Part shown: positions 38,300 to 50,939 of the stretch, piece after piece
Layout: every line of letters starts with the position of its first letter
How positions within the stretch are numbered: position 1 is the first letter of the stretch
Assembly (NCBI GenBank): GCA_038087875.1
Contig: CM075993.1
Location: 10,790,001 to 10,854,000 of the forward strand
Source of the DNA: Malacoraja senta
Lineage: Eukaryota
Direction: 5' to 3'
DNA: 64,000 bases
Made by a program: the position numbers and the translations under genes
The notes under the pieces: generated by a model
What the model was told of the DNA's origin: nothing
What the model saw: only the letters and a program-made list of their open reading frames with translations
Database searches by the model: none

Positions 38300-41110
38300 T
38301 CAGATTCAGATTCAGATTCAGATTCAACTTTATTGTCATTGTGCAGTGTACAGTACAGAGACAACGAAATGCAGTTAGCATCTCCCTAGAAGAGCGACAT
38401 AAATATGAGCAGTAAATAAATAAATCTAATCTAATAAATCCTGGTGGGAGGAGTGTCGGGGGGGGGGGGGGTGTGATTGGCAGTCACCGAGGTACAGTGT
38501 TGAGTAGTGTAACCGCCGCAGGGAAGAAGCTGTTCCTGGACCTGCTGGTCCGGCAACGGAGAGACCTGTAGCGCCTCCCGGATGGTAGGAGGGTAAACAG
38601 TCTGTGGTTGGGGTGAGAGCAGTCCTTGGCGATGCTGAGCGTCCTTCGCAGACAACGCTTGCTTTGGACAGACTCAATGGTGGGGAGTGAGGAACCGGTG
38701 ATGCGTTGGGCAATTTTCACCACCCTCTGCAGTGCTTTTCCGGTCGGAGACAGAGCAGTTGCCGTACCATACTGTGATGCAGTTGGTAAGGATGCTCTCG
38801 ATGGTGCAGCGGTAGAAGTTCACCAGAATCCGAGGAGACAGATGGACCTTCTTTAGTCTCCTCAGGAAGAAGAGACGCTGGTGAGCCTTCTTGACCAGAG
38901 TTGAGGTATTGTTGGTCCAAGAGAGGTCATCGGAGATGTTGACCCCCAGGAACCTGAAGCTGGAAACACGTTCCACCTCCCTCCCGTTAATGTGGATGGG
39001 GGTGTGCATGCCGCCCCTAGACTTCCTGAAGTCTACAATGAGCTCCTTGGTCTTCTTGGAGTTAAGGGCCAGGTTGTTGTCAGCGCACCATGCTGCTAGG
39101 AGCTGGACCTCCTCCCTATAGGCCGACTCATCGTTGTTGCTGATGAGGCCAATCACCGTTGTATCATCTGCATACATGGTGTTAGTACCATGTACAGGTG
39201 TGCAGTCGTAGGTGAAGAGGGAGTAGAGGAGGGGGCTCAGCACACAGCCCTGTGGAACGGCCAGGTGTTCAGGGTGAGGGTTGAAGAGGTTGTGCTTGTC
39301 TAACCTAACAGACTGGGGTCTGTTGGTTAGAAAGTCCAGTATCCCAGTTGCAGAGGGAGGGGTCGATGCCCAGGTCACCGAGTTTGGTGATCAGTTTAGA
39401 GGGTATGATGGTGTTGAATGCTGAGCTGTAATCGATGAACAGCATTCTTACGTAAGTGTCTCTGTTGTCGAGGTGGGAGAGGGCGGAGTGAAGTGCCGTT
39501 GAGATGGCATCCTCCATACTCCTGTTCTTGCGGTAGGCAAACTGATAGGGATCCAACGTGGGGGGTAGGCAGCCTTTGAGGTGTGCCAGGACCAGCCTCT
39601 CGAAGCACTTGGCGATGATGGGAGTAAGTGCAACTGGGCGGAAGTCGTTGAGGCTCGCTGCAGTGGAGTGTTTTGGCACCGGCACGATGGAGGTGGATTT
39701 AAGGCACGTGGGCACAACTGCTTGGGCAAGTGACAGGTTGAAGATGTCAGTCCAGACGTCTGTCAGCTGCGCAGCACAGGCCCTGAGGACGCGCCCGGGG
39801 ATGCCGTCGGGGCCAGCAGCCTTACGTGCATTAGTCCTACTCAGTGCCACGTACACGTCGAAGGGGGTGAGTGAGAGGGGCTGGTGATCGGCAGGGAGCA
39901 CCGCCTTGATGGCCAACTGCCGATTGTCCCTATCGAAACGGCCATAGAAGTGGTTGAGCTCCTCAAGGAAGGAGGCGTTACTGGATGTGGGGGTGGTGTT
40001 GGTGGGTCTAAAGTCCGTGATGGCCTGGATGCCTTGCCACATGCGTCGGGGGTCGGAGTTGTTGTTGAAGTGCTCCTCAATCCTGAGTTTATGGCAGTGC
40101 TTGGCCTTCTTTATGCCCTTCTTCAGGTTGGCCCTGGATGAACTATAGGCTCGGGCATCGCCTGACCTGAAAGCGGTGTCCCGTGCTTTCAGCAGTAGCC
40201 TGACCTCGCTGTTCATCCATGGCTTCTGATTCGGGAATATGGTCACCTGTTTGAGGGAGGTGATGCTGTTGATGGTGGAGTTTATAAAGTCCAGAACAGA
40301 TGATGTATAGGAGTCAATGTCCGTGTGGGAGTCAAGGGTGGCCTGGGCTGCAAACGCCTTCCAGTCAGTGTTTCCAAAACACTGCTGAAGTGTGGAGTCC
40401 GCATCCTCTGACCAGACTTTAACTGTCCTCACAGTGGGTTTAACCCGTCTGATGAGTGGGGAGTACTTTGGGAGCAGGAACAATGAGAGGTGATCAGACT
40501 GTCCAAGGTGGGGGAGGGGGACGGCTTTGTAAGCTTCAGCCATGTTGGTGTAGACTTTGTCCAGTGTCTTGCCTTCTCTAGTGGCGAAGGAGACATGTTG
40601 GTGGAATTTGGGGAGTACAGTCTTCAGGTTGGAGTGATTGAAGTCACCCGCAACAATGAAGGCTGCCTCGGGGTTGTGAGTCTGTTGTTTGCTAATGGCA
40701 GAATGCAGATCTTTCATTGCAAGCTTGGCATTAGCATCAGGAGGAATATAGGCTGCAGTCACAACAGTGGAGGTAAACTCTCTGGGCAGATAGAACGGTC
40801 TGCATCTAACCAAGAGGAACTCTAGGTTAGCTGAGCAGTGACTCTCGATGATGGTGGTGTCCGTGCACCATGCTTTGTTTACATAAATGCACAGACCTCC
40901 ACCTCTGGTCTTACCGGAGTCAATTGTCCTGTCCGCTCGGAGTAAATGCCGCCCCGTTAGCTGGATGGCGCTGTCAGGAACGTCGGTGTTGAGCCAAGTT
41001 TCAGTGAGGATCAAGATGCTGCAGTCTTTGATCCAGTTGTGGGAGGTGATCCTTAGCCGGATTTCGTCCATTTTGTTAACCAGTGAGCGCACGTTGGCGA
41101 GGAAAAGGCT
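38300..41110 (-). mobile_element. Near-complete Rex1/Babar-clade LINE (APE endonuclease + RT), 5'-truncated, frameshifted
   Basis: ORF 39305-41092 has ILTETWL, AGDFN, TLD, SDH (endonuclease) and [30 protein letters not shown] (RT). ORF 38674-39378 has VPQGCVLSPLLY, YADD and KKAHQRLFFLRRLKK. The 3' tail is (TCTGAA)n at 38300-38326. Confidence 0.92.
39305..41092 (-). CDS. Rex1/Babar endonuclease-reverse transcriptase polyprotein, N-terminal part (frameshifted at ~39330)
   Basis: 595-aa ORF with the motifs listed for the element above. Confidence 0.85.
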   Translation of the reverse strand: MRSLVNKMDEIRLRITSHNWIKDCSILILTETWLNTDVPDSAIQLTGRHLLRADRTIDSGKTRGGGLCIYVNKAWCTDTTIIESHCSANLEFLLVRCRPFYLPREFTSTVVTAAYIPPDANAKLAMKDLHSAISKQQTHNPEAAFIVAGDFNHSNLKTVLPKFHQHVSFATREGKTLDKVYTNMAEAYKAVPLPHLGQSDHLSLFLLPKYSPLIRRVKPTVRTVKVWSEDADSTLQQCFGNTDWKAFAAQATLDSHTDIDSYTSSVLDFINSTINSITSLKQVTIFPNQKPWMNSEVRLLLKARDTAFRSGDARAYSSSRANLKKGIKKAKHCHKLRIEEHFNNNSDPRRMWQGIQAITDFRPTNTTPTSSNASFLEELNHFYGRFDRDNRQLAIKAVLPADHQPLSLTPFDVYVALSRTNARKAAGPDGIPGRVLRACAAQLTDVWTDIFNLSLAQAVVPTCLKSTSIVPVPKHSTAASLNDFRPVALTPIIAKCFERLVLAHLKGCLPPTLDPYQFAYRKNRSMEDAISTALHSALSHLDNRDTYVRMLFIDYSSAFNTIIPSKLITKLGDLGIDPSLCNWDTGLSNQQTPVC

Positions 41111-41447
41111 AGGAATCGCTAGGAATCGCTAGGAAAAGGCTAGAAAAGGTGTGTCCTCTGAATGCCTTCCATTGTTCATCCACTACCATGCCTTTAATGT
41201 GTTTTCCCAATCAATCACATCTATTAGTGAAAGGCTTGGACAGAGTGGATGTGGAGAGGATGTTTCCACTAGTGGGAGAGTCTAGGACCAGAGGCCATTG
41301 CCTCAGAATAAATAGACATACCTTTAGACCTTTGGAAAGGAGATGAGGAGGAATTTCTTTAGTCAGAGGTTGGTGAATCTGTGAATTCATTGCTACAGAC
41401 GGCTGTGGAGGCCAAGTCAGTGGATATCTTAAAGGTGGAGATTGATA

Positions 41448-41745
41448 GGTACGGTGGCGCAGCAGTAAAGTTGATGCCCTACAGCGCTTTCAGCGCCGGC
41501 GACCCGGGTTCGATCCTGACTACGGGTGCTGTCTGTACGGAGTTTTTGTACGTTCTTCCCATGAATGAGAGAGTTTTTCTCCGGGTGCTCCGGTTTCCTC
41601 CTACACTCCAAAGATGTACAAGTTTGTAGGTTAATTGACTTCTGTAAATTGTCCCTAATGTGCCGGGTAGAACTAGTTTATGGGGAGATCGGTGGGCCAA
41701 AGGGCTTGTAGCTCAACGTTGTTTATCTAAAATCTGAAGTCTAAA
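41448..41745 (+). mobile_element. V-SINE (HE1-like)
   Basis: Head with GGTTCGATCC B box, plus body and tail. Confidence 0.8.
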
Positions 41746-41902
41746 TGTCTAAAGTCACTGGGTGTCCTGGAAATAATTCACAACCTCTGTGGGAAATCAA
41801 ACGGGAAAAGTCAATGAAGTAAAGAGAAATTGGGCAGACGTCGATTGAGCCAAGGTGACAGCACAGGAACAGGCACTTGAGTCCACAGTGATAGAATACA
41901 AT

Positions 41903-42365
41903 AGAAGAATAGAATGCCTTTTATTGTCATTCAAACAGCTTGGTTTGAGTGAAATTGCATTTCTACAGTCTTAACATTACAAAAAAAAACAAGACACACA
42001 CTTAACACAATTTACACAAACATCCATCACAGTGAATCTCCAACAGCTCCTCACTGTGATGGAACGCAAAAGTCTTATCTCTTCCCTTTGTTTTTCTCCA
42101 AGTCCAACTTTGTCCAACTGCAACGTCGAGGTGACTGGGGCTCCCGATGTTAAAGCCCCCGGCAGGCAATGGTAAGTCCCGCGGCCGTTTAAGCCGCGCC
42201 GGGCGATGTTAGGCCCCGCTCCGAGTCCTTTAAACCCCGCGATTCCGGCGGGAGAAGTTGCCGTTGTGGGAGCTCCGAAAAGCGGCCTCCCACCAGGGAC
42301 CCGCGAGCTCCCGATGTTCCTGTCCACCGGGCCTGCGGCCGGAGCCTCCGAAGCTCCGATGTCGG
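41903..42365 (-). mobile_element. Non-coding GC-rich retroposon-like element with Rex-type 3' tail
   Basis: GC-rich body, a 13-bp hairpin at 42023-42063, and a tail (minus) ending gacaataaaaggcattctattcttct, like the Rex tail at 38326-38345. Confidence 0.55.
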
Positions 42366-42583
42366 GTTGTCTTGTTAACCAGATCATATCTTCTTGTGCA
42401 GGGTCCATATCCCTCTATTCCCTGCATTTCCATGTCCTTGTATAAAAGCACTACATCATGTATCATCACTGCATCATCACCGAGGGCAATGGGTTCCAAC
42501 CCCACACTACTCACTGTATAAAAAATAACTTGCCCCCACATCTCATTTCAACTTTCCCTCTCTCACAAATCTATGCCCTCTAA

Positions 42584-42897
42584 TTTAGTTTAATTTAGAG
42601 TTACAGCGCGGAAACAGGCCTTTGGCCCACCAGGTCCGCGCCGACAAGCGATCCCCGCACATGAACACTATCCAACACACACTAGGGACAATTTTTACAT
42701 TTACCAAGCCAATTAACCTACAAACCTGTACGTCTTTGGAGTTGTTGGAGGAAACTGAAGATCTCGGAGAAAACCCACGCAGGCCACGGGGAGAACGTAC
42801 AAACTTCATACAGACAGCACCCGTAGTCGGGATCGAACCCGGGTCTCCCGCGCTGCATTCGTTGTAAGGCAGGAACTCTACCGCTGCTCCACTGTGA
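42584..42897 (-). mobile_element. V-SINE (HE1-like)
   Basis: Reverse-complement full copy. Confidence 0.85.
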
Positions 42898-43894
42898 CAG
42901 ACCAAATCGTTGAGTTGAGTGTACCGAGGTAGAGTGTAAAGCTTTTCACGTGTACCGAGGTAGAGTGAAAAGCTTTTGAAGCGTACTAACTTGTCAGCGG
43001 AAAGATAATACATGATTACAATCGACCCATCCACAGTGTACAGATACATGATAAAGGGATAAAGTGAATAATGTTTAGTGCAAGATAAAGCCAGTACAAT
43101 CCAATCAAAGATAGTACAAGCGTCTCCAATGAGGTAGATAGTAGCTCAGGACTGCTCTCTAGTTGTGGTAGGATGGTAACAGCTGGGAAGAAAAGGTTCA
43201 GCCTGTCTTCGCTATCTATAATTCTCATCATTCTTTATACTTCTATCATCTCCCCTCAACCTCTGACGTTTGAGAGAAAACAAACCAAGTCTATCTAACC
43301 TCTCCTCGTAGCTGAATCTAATCCAGGCTGCAGACTTGATGATGGATATAGTGGTCAATGAGCAACAGTTTAGCCAATGACAACAAAGCCACTATTGCAA
43401 ATCCTGCGATTTACACTTGGAACTTAAGGCACCATATTCAGAAATAAAACAGCCAGTGCCACAAAGGACAGGCAGCATCTCTGGAGAGAAGGAATGGGTG
43501 ACGTTTCGGGTCGAGACCCATCTTCAGACAGAGCTCAGTTCTCTCTTTCTGCAGAAGGGTCTCGACCCGAAACTTCACCCATTCCTTCTCTCCAGAGATG
43601 CTGCCTGTCCCGCTGAGTTACTCCTACATTTTGTGTCTATCTTCGGTGTAAACCAGCATCTGCAGTTCCTTCCTACACATTACCACATAGGGGTTGACTT
43701 TACTCGAGTCCAGTTCATGGAACAATCATAAGGGATTGGAGCAGAATTAAGTTTACTCCGCCATTCAATCAGGGCTGATCTATCTCTCCCTCCTAACCCC
43801 ATTCTCCTGCCTTCTCTCCATAACCTCTGACACCCGCACTAATCACAAATTTATCTATCTCTGCCTTAAATATATCCACCGACTTGGCCTCCAC

Positions 43895-44462
43895 AAGAGT
43901 CAAGAGTGTTTTATTGTCATATGTTCCAGATAGAACAATGAAATTCTTACTTGCTGCAGCACAACAGAATATGTAAACATAGTACATAACGGGAGAAAAA
44001 AAAAGTTCCGTGTGTATATATACACATGCACACATACTCGATAAATAAACAGATATAGTGCAATAATAATAATAATCTGTTGTAGTTCAGAGCTTATTTG
44101 TTGTCATGTTTAATAGCCTGATGGCAGTAGGGAAGAAGCTGTTCCTGAACCTGGACGTTACAGTTTTCAAGCTCCTGTACCTTCTTCCCAATGGCAGGAG
44201 TGAAATGAGTGTGTGGCCAGGATGGTGTGGGTCTCTGATGATGCTGGCTGCCTTTTTGAGGCAGCGACTTTGATAAATCCCTTCGATGGTGGGGAGGTCA
44301 GAGCTGGTGATGGACTGGGCAGTGGTCACAACTTTCCCGCTCCTGGACGTTCAAGTTGCCGAACCAGGCCACGATGCAACGAGTCAGCATGCTCTCTACT
44401 GTGCACCTGTAGACGTTCAAGAGAATCCTCTTTGACATGCCGAATCTCCGTAATCTTCTCAG
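43895..44462 (-). mobile_element. Rex1/Babar LINE 3' fragment
   Basis: ORFs 44298-44501 and 44087-44329 (YRCTVESMLT, SIIRDPHHPGH..RFRNSFFP). A related 3'UTR occurs at 54278-54640. Confidence 0.82.
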
Positions 44463-46389
44463 GATTTTTGCCACAGAACCTTCTATGGCAAAGAATTCCA
44501 CAGAATCACCACCCCTCTGACTAAGAAATTTCTCCTCATCTCCTTCGTAAAAGAACCTTTAATTCTGAGGCTATGACCTCAAGTCCTACTGTCCCACTAG
44601 TGGAAACATCCGCTCCACATCCACTCTATCCAAGCCTTTCACTATTCTGTACCTTTCAATGACGTCCCCCCTCATTCTTCTGAACATTCTTCTAATCGAT
44701 GGGAATATTGAATTATTAGTCGGGGCACCTCAAGCTGCACCTCACAAGCATCTTGCACTTGGACTGGGAAATAATAATTCATGCGCTCAGATTACTATTA
44801 ATATGTACAATGGAGCCTTGTATTAAACATGTCACTCACAGAGGGGCAGTGATACATTTTGAGTGACTACTCCATTTGAAATCTCTATTTAAAAAGCCAT
44901 ATTCTGTCATTTCTTATGAATCAACCTTGTAATTATTTCGGAGCGGGGAGGCTGTAAGGATTTAACTCACGATGTCCTTTCCAATGTTTGCCCACAGCTA
45001 AAGTGCAGCGTAGCAGCACCAGTGATTAATCCTCTGCCTTCAGCGCTGAACAGGAGCTCCTTTTCATTGCAAAGGCAATCAGTGAGATGGAAAGTTTGCT
45101 GCTGCTGCCAAATGGTTAAAGCAGTGGTTTGGGCAAAGAGTTCACAGACAGAGCTCGTGTGGGACCCACTCATCTCCGAATGGATTCACACTCCCCGCTC
45201 CTCCCCACAGCAAAGTCAAACGGGAAGCTCTCAGTCAATCCAACCATCAAGAGTCGTGTGAGAAGGAACTGCAGACGCCGGTTTACACCGATGATCGACA
45301 CAAAAAGCTGGAGTAACTCAGCGGGTCAGTCAGCATCTCTGGAGAAAAGGAATAGGTGGCGTTTCGGGTCGAGTCCCTTCTTCAGACTGAGAGTCAGGGG
45401 AAAGGGAATCGAGAGATTGGAGGGCTATGGACCAAATGGTGGCAGATGGGACATGTTGGCCGGTGTTGGCAAGTTGGGCCGAAGGGCCTGTTTCCATGCT
45501 GTATCACTCTATGATACTCTATGGGCCTGTTTCCATGCTGTATCACTCTATGATACAAGATGACTCTATGATACCGAAAGATATAGAATAAATGAATGCA
45601 AGATATGCAAAAGGTAATGATGCTCAAGTAAAGGTGGAGCTCACTATGGTTCATTGATGGCTGTGGGTTAATTGTCATAAGCAGCCGGTCTGGAACAATG
45701 ACATCTTACTTGCTGCAGCCTTGCAAGCACCTTCACGCAATAACAACACAAATAAATACATGGTAGACAAAATTGCTGGAGAAACTCAGCGGGTATGGCA
45801 GCATCTATGGAGCGAAGGAAATAGGCAACGTTCGGGCTGAAGAAGGGTTTCGGCTCCACAGATGCTGCTGCACCCGCTGAGTTTCTCCAGCAATTTTGTC
45901 TACCTTCGATTTTCCAGCATCTGCAGTTCCTTCTTGAACAAATAAATAGATGATCATTATTAGTAATACAGCGTGTCCAGACCATAGACTGAGGTGTGTT
46001 TTGCAACCAAAACATGATCTATAGTAAATCATGGCTGAGGTAGGGCTGTGAAGTAAGAACAACAGAGCGGCTTAATATTAAAATAAAGATTCATTACATA
46101 AATGAATCAGGCATGGCAGGGCGGTATGGTGATCACAGTGTGTGGCAACTGATGGAAACCATTGGCTTTCAGGGTGACCATAAGCACCAAGCAGTTTTGA
46201 ACCATGCGACGCTATTGGGAAGGCTGCATTGAGATGGGTACTCCCTTGACATTGATTGTTGGGAAAGTAGTTCCAGTGGTAACAAAGACCCAGCAATCTA
46301 TTTCCAGTTTCAGTTTAGTTTATTGTCACATGTACCGATGTACAGCGAAAAGCTTTTGCTGCTGCTAACCAGTCAGCAGAAAGATAATA

Positions 46390-47987
46390 CAGTGCATTCA
46401 GAAAGTATTCAGACCCCTTCACTTTTTCCACATTTTGTTAAGTTACAGCTTTATTTTTAAATGGATTAAAAAAAAATTGTGATCATCAATCTACACACAA
46501 TACCCCAGAATGAAGATGGGTAAACAGGTGTTTAGAACATTTTGCAAAGTAATTAAAAATAAATAACAAAAATATCACATTTGCATAAGTATTCAGACCC
46601 TTTGCTATGACACTCAAAATTGAGCTTAGGTTCATCCTGTTTCCATTGACTATCCTTGAGATGTTTCTACAACTTGATTGGAGTCCACCAGTGGTAAATT
46701 AAATTGATTGGACATGACTTGGAAAGGCACACACCTGTCTATATAAGGTCCCACAGTTGACAGTGCATGTCAGAGCAAAAACCAAGCCATGAAGACGAAG
46801 GAATTATCCGGAGACCTCCGAGACAGGATTGTGTCGAGACACAGATCTGGGGAAGGGTATAAAACAATTTCTGCAGCATTGCAGGTCCCGAAGAGCACAG
46901 TGGCCTCCGTCATTCTTAAATGGAAGAACTTTGGAACTACCAGGACTCTTCATAGAGCTGGCCGCCCGGCCAAACTGAGCAATCGGGGGAGAAGGGCCTT
47001 GGTCAGGGAGGTGACCAAGAACCCGATGGTCACTCTGACAGAGCTCCAGTTCCTCTGTGGAGAAGGAACCTTCCAGAAGGACAACAATATCTGCAGCACT
47101 CCACCAATCAAGCCTTTATGGTAGAGTGGCCAGACGGAAGCCACTCCTCAGTAAAAGGCACATGACAGCCCGATTGGAGTTTGCCAAAAGGCATGAGAAA
47201 CAAGATTCTCTGATCTGATGAAACCAAGATTGAACTCTTTGGCTGAATGCCAAGTGTCACATCTGGAGGAAACCAGGCACCGCTCATCACCGGGCCAATA
47301 CCATACCTACGGTGAAGCATGGTGGTGGCAGCATCATGCTATGGGGATGGTTTTCTGCGGCAGGAACTGGGAGACTAGTCAGGATCGAGGGAAAGATGAA
47401 CGGAGCAAAGTACAGAGAGATCCTTGATGAAAAACTGCTCCAGAGCAGTTCTGGACCTCAGACTGGGGCAGAGGTTCACCTTCCAACAGGGCAACAACCC
47501 TAAGCACACAGCCAAGACAACGCAGGAGTGGCTTCGTGACAAGTCTGTGAATGTCCTTGAGTGGCCCAGCCAGAGCCCGGACTTGAACCCGATCGAACAT
47601 CTCTGGAGGGACCTGGAAATAGCTGTGCCTCGACGCTCCCCATCCAACCTGACAGAGCTTGAGAGGATCTGCAGAGAAGAATGGGAGAAATTACCCAAAT
47701 ACAGGTGTGCCAAGCTTGTAGCGTCATACCCAAGAAGACTTGAGGCTGTAATCGCTGAAGGTGCCTCAACAAAGTACTGAGTAAAGGGTCTGAATACTTA
47801 TGTAAATGTGATATTTCAGTTATTTCATTTTAATGACTTTGCAAAAATTTCTAAAAACCTGTTTTCACTTTTTTATTATTGTGTAGATTGATGACAAAAA
47901 AATGAATATAATCCATATTAAAATAAGGCAGTACCCTAACAAAATGTGGAAAAAGTGAAGGGGTCAGAATACTTTCTGAATGCACTG
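46390..47987 (+). mobile_element. Tc1-like DNA transposon (IR/DR type), transposase pseudogene
   Basis: TA-flanked TIRs CAGTGCATTCAGAAAGTATTC... (~210 bp, with inner and outer AAGTATTCAGACCC repeats). The transposase is broken into ORFs 46789-47124, 47312-47503 and 47424-47780. The second catalytic D is mutated (QQGNN). Confidence 0.93.
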
Positions 47988-48413
47988 TAGATGATAAGGG
48001 AATAACTCTTAGTGCAAGGTAAAGCCAACAAAGTCCGATCAAGGATTTACGTGGCGACCATTTGCATACCTTGGAAAGGTATATAGCAAACAGCAAAGAA
48101 TTTCACTGTGACTTGTCATGTGTGAAAATAAAGTATTAATTCATTTAGTGCGCCAAGATCCCTTCTCTTTATAACTTTTCCCCATCGTTTTTTAAAATCA
48201 GAGCTACCCTGACCTCCCCCATCATTGCACCTGCCCATCTTTTTCCATTTTGGTGTCAGCTGAAATCCTTCAATATTTATTCACCAACCTTGATTACTTT
48301 GCAACCACATCTCTGCAAGCTTAACACCATCTAGGACACAGTGGCCAAGTAGATTAGCACCTCACCCACCACCAGTGCACAGTGGCTGCAGGGTGCAACG
48401 TGTGCTGCAGTTA

Positions 48414-48642
48414 AGGGCCTGTCCCACTTGGCCGTCATTTGCGCGTAAATGACGCGACATCATTTACGCGCCATGACGCACGCGACGTGACACGCACGTG
48501 TTGCGCGCATGGTGCACATTACGCACGCATGGTGCGCGATGACATAGGCAGTGACGCGCGGCCGCGCAGGATTTTGTGATGTACAAAATCTTCGCTCACC
48601 ATCTGCGTGACGCGCAAATGACGGCCAAGTGGGACAGGCCCT
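48414..48642. mobile_element. PIF/Harbinger-type MITE
   Basis: ~33-bp perfect TIRs AGGGCCTGTCCCACTTGGCCGTCATTTGCGCGT and a 3-bp TTA TSD (48411-48413 / 48643-48645). The interior is CpG-rich. Confidence 0.85.
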
Positions 48643-49107
48643 TTACTCACCTCGGCTGCACCTCCCAAATCTGTGACCTGTACCAATGAAGCGGACCAGA
48701 CAAGGGCAGCAGGTGGAAGGAACATAACCCCTGCAAATAGACACAAACAGCTGGAGTAACTCACCACCCCCTCCCCAGGTACTTTCCCCCTGCAACTGCA
48801 GGTGTAATTCCTGTCCCTATACCTCCTCCCTCGATTGTGTCCAGGGACCCCGACTTGAACAACAGTTCCTGCTTACACGTAACCTCCCGTAGATTGGCCT
48901 GCATGTCGCACATCTTCCACACTTGATGCTTGGCAAGGCCAGCAGCATAATCAAGGACGGGTCGCACCCCGGCCACTCCCTCATCTCCCCTCTCCCATCG
49001 GGCAAAAGGTATAGATGTTTGAAAACACACACCTCCAGATTCAGGGACAGTTTCTTCCCAGCTGTTATCAGGCAACTGAATCATCCTACCACAAACAGAG
49101 AGCAGTC

Positions 49108-50939
49108 ATAGAAACATAGAAATATAGAAAATAGGTGCAGGAGTAGGCCATTCGGCCCTTCGAGCCTGCACCGCCATTCAATATGATCATGGCTGATCAT
49201 CCAACTCAGTATCCCGTACCTGCCTTCTCTCCATACCCCCTGATCCCCTTAGCCACAAGGGCCACATCTAACTCCCTCTTAAATATAGCCAATGAACTGG
49301 CCTCAACTACCCTCTGTGGCAGAGAGTTCCAGAGATTCACCACTCTCTGTGTTAAAAAGTTTTTCCTCATCTCGGTCTTAAAGGATTTCCCCCTTATCCT
49401 TAAGCTGTGACCCCTTGTCCTGGACTTCCCCAACATCGGGAACAATCTTCCTGCATCTAGCCTGTCCAACCCCATAAGAATTTTGTACGTTTCTATAAGA
49501 TCCCCTCTCAATCTCCTAAATTTTAGCGAGTATAAGCCAAGTCTATCCAGTCTTTCTTCATATGAAAGTCCTGACATCCCAGGAATCAGTCTGGTGAACC
49601 TTCTCTGCACTCCCTCTATGGCTATAATGTCCTTCCTCAGATTTGGAGACCAAAACTGTACACAATACTCCAGGTGTGGTCTCACCAAGACCCTGTACAA
49701 CTGCAGTAGAACCTCCCTGCTCCTATACTCAAATCCTCTTGCTATGAAGGCCAACATACCATTCGCTTTCTTCTCTGCCTGCTGCACCTGCATGCCTACT
49801 TTCAATGACTGGTGTACCATGACACCCAGGTCTCGCGGCATCTCCCCATTTCCTAATCGGCCACCATTTAGATAATAGTCTGCCTTCCCGTTTTTGCCAC
49901 CAAAGTGGATAACCTCACATTTATCCACATTATACTGCATCTGCCAAACATTTGCCCACTCACCCAGCCTATCCAAGTCACCTTGCAGTCTCCTAGCATC
50001 CTCCTCACAGCTAACACTGCCCCCCAGCTTAGTGTCATCCGCAAACTTGGAGATGTTGCTTTCAATTCCCTTGTCGAGATCATTAATATAAATTGTAAAT
50101 AGCTGGGGTCCCAGCACTGAGCCTTGCGGTACCCCACTAGTCACTGCCTGCCATTGTGAAAAGGACCCGTTTACTCCTACTCTTTGCTTCCTGTTTGCCA
50201 GCCAGTTCTCTATCCACATCAATACTGAACCCCCAATACCGTGTGATTTAAGTTTGTAGCCTAATCTCTTATGTGGTACCTTGTCGAAAGCCTTCTGAAA
50301 GTCCAGATACAACACATCCACTGGTTCTCCCCTATCCACTCTACTAGTTACATCCTCGAAAAATTCTATAAGATTCGTCAGACACGATTTACCTTTCGTA
50401 AATCCATGCTGACTTTGTCCAATGATTTCACCACTTTCCAAATGTGCTGCTATCCCATCTTTAATAACTGACTCTAGCAGTTTCCCCACTACCGATGTTA
50501 GACTAACTGGTCTGTAATTCCCCGTTTTCTCTCTCCCTCCCTTCTTAAAAAGTGGGGTTACGTTTGCTACCCTCCAATCCTCAGGAACTACTCCAGAATC
50601 TAAAGAATTTTGAAAAATTATCACTAATGCATCCACTATTTCTGGAGCTACTTCCTTAAGTACTCTGGGATGCAGCCTATCTGGCCCTGGTGATTTATCG
50701 GCCTTTAATCCATTCAATTTACCCAACACCACTTCCCGACTAACCTGGATTTCACTCAGTTCCTCCATCTCCTTTGAGCCCCCTGCTATTTCCGGCAGAT
50801 TATTTATGTCTTCCTTAGTGAAGACGGAACCAAAGTAGTTATTCAATTGGTCCGCCATATCCTTGTTCCCCATGATCAATTCACCCGTTTCTGACTGCAA
50901 GGGACCTACATTTGTTTTAACTAATCTCTTTCTCTTCAT
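49108..50939 (-). mobile_element. Young 5'-truncated CR1 LINE
   Basis: Uninterrupted RT frame and an octamer-repeat tail (CTATGTTT-like). Near-identical 3' copies at 61520-61948 and 36116-36333. Confidence 0.93.
49206..50939 (-). CDS. CR1 ORF2 reverse transcriptase (C-terminal 577 aa, no endonuclease)
   Basis: KSPGPD, NYRPVSLTS, QHGF..GKSCLTNL, YLDFQKAFDKVPH, SGVPQGSVLGP and KFADDTK motifs with no stops. Confidence 0.9.
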   Translation of the reverse strand: MKRKRLVKTNVGPLQSETGELIMGNKDMADQLNNYFGSVFTKEDINNLPEIAGGSKEMEELSEIQVSREVVLGKLNGLKADKSPGPDRLHPRVLKEVAPEIVDALVIIFQNSLDSGVVPEDWRVANVTPLFKKGGREKTGNYRPVSLTSVVGKLLESVIKDGIAAHLESGEIIGQSQHGFTKGKSCLTNLIEFFEDVTSRVDRGEPVDVLYLDFQKAFDKVPHKRLGYKLKSHGIGGSVLMWIENWLANRKQRVGVNGSFSQWQAVTSGVPQGSVLGPQLFTIYINDLDKGIESNISKFADDTKLGGSVSCEEDARRLQGDLDRLGEWANVWQMQYNVDKCEVIHFGGKNGKADYYLNGGRLGNGEMPRDLGVMVHQSLKVGMQVQQAEKKANGMLAFIARGFEYRSREVLLQLYRVLVRPHLEYCVQFWSPNLRKDIIAIEGVQRRFTRLIPGMSGLSYEERLDRLGLYSLKFRRLRGDLIETYKILMGLDRLDAGRLFPMLGKSRTRGHSLRIRGKSFKTEMRKNFLTQRVVNLWNSLPQRVVEASSLAIFKRELDVALVAKGIRGYGEKAGTGY

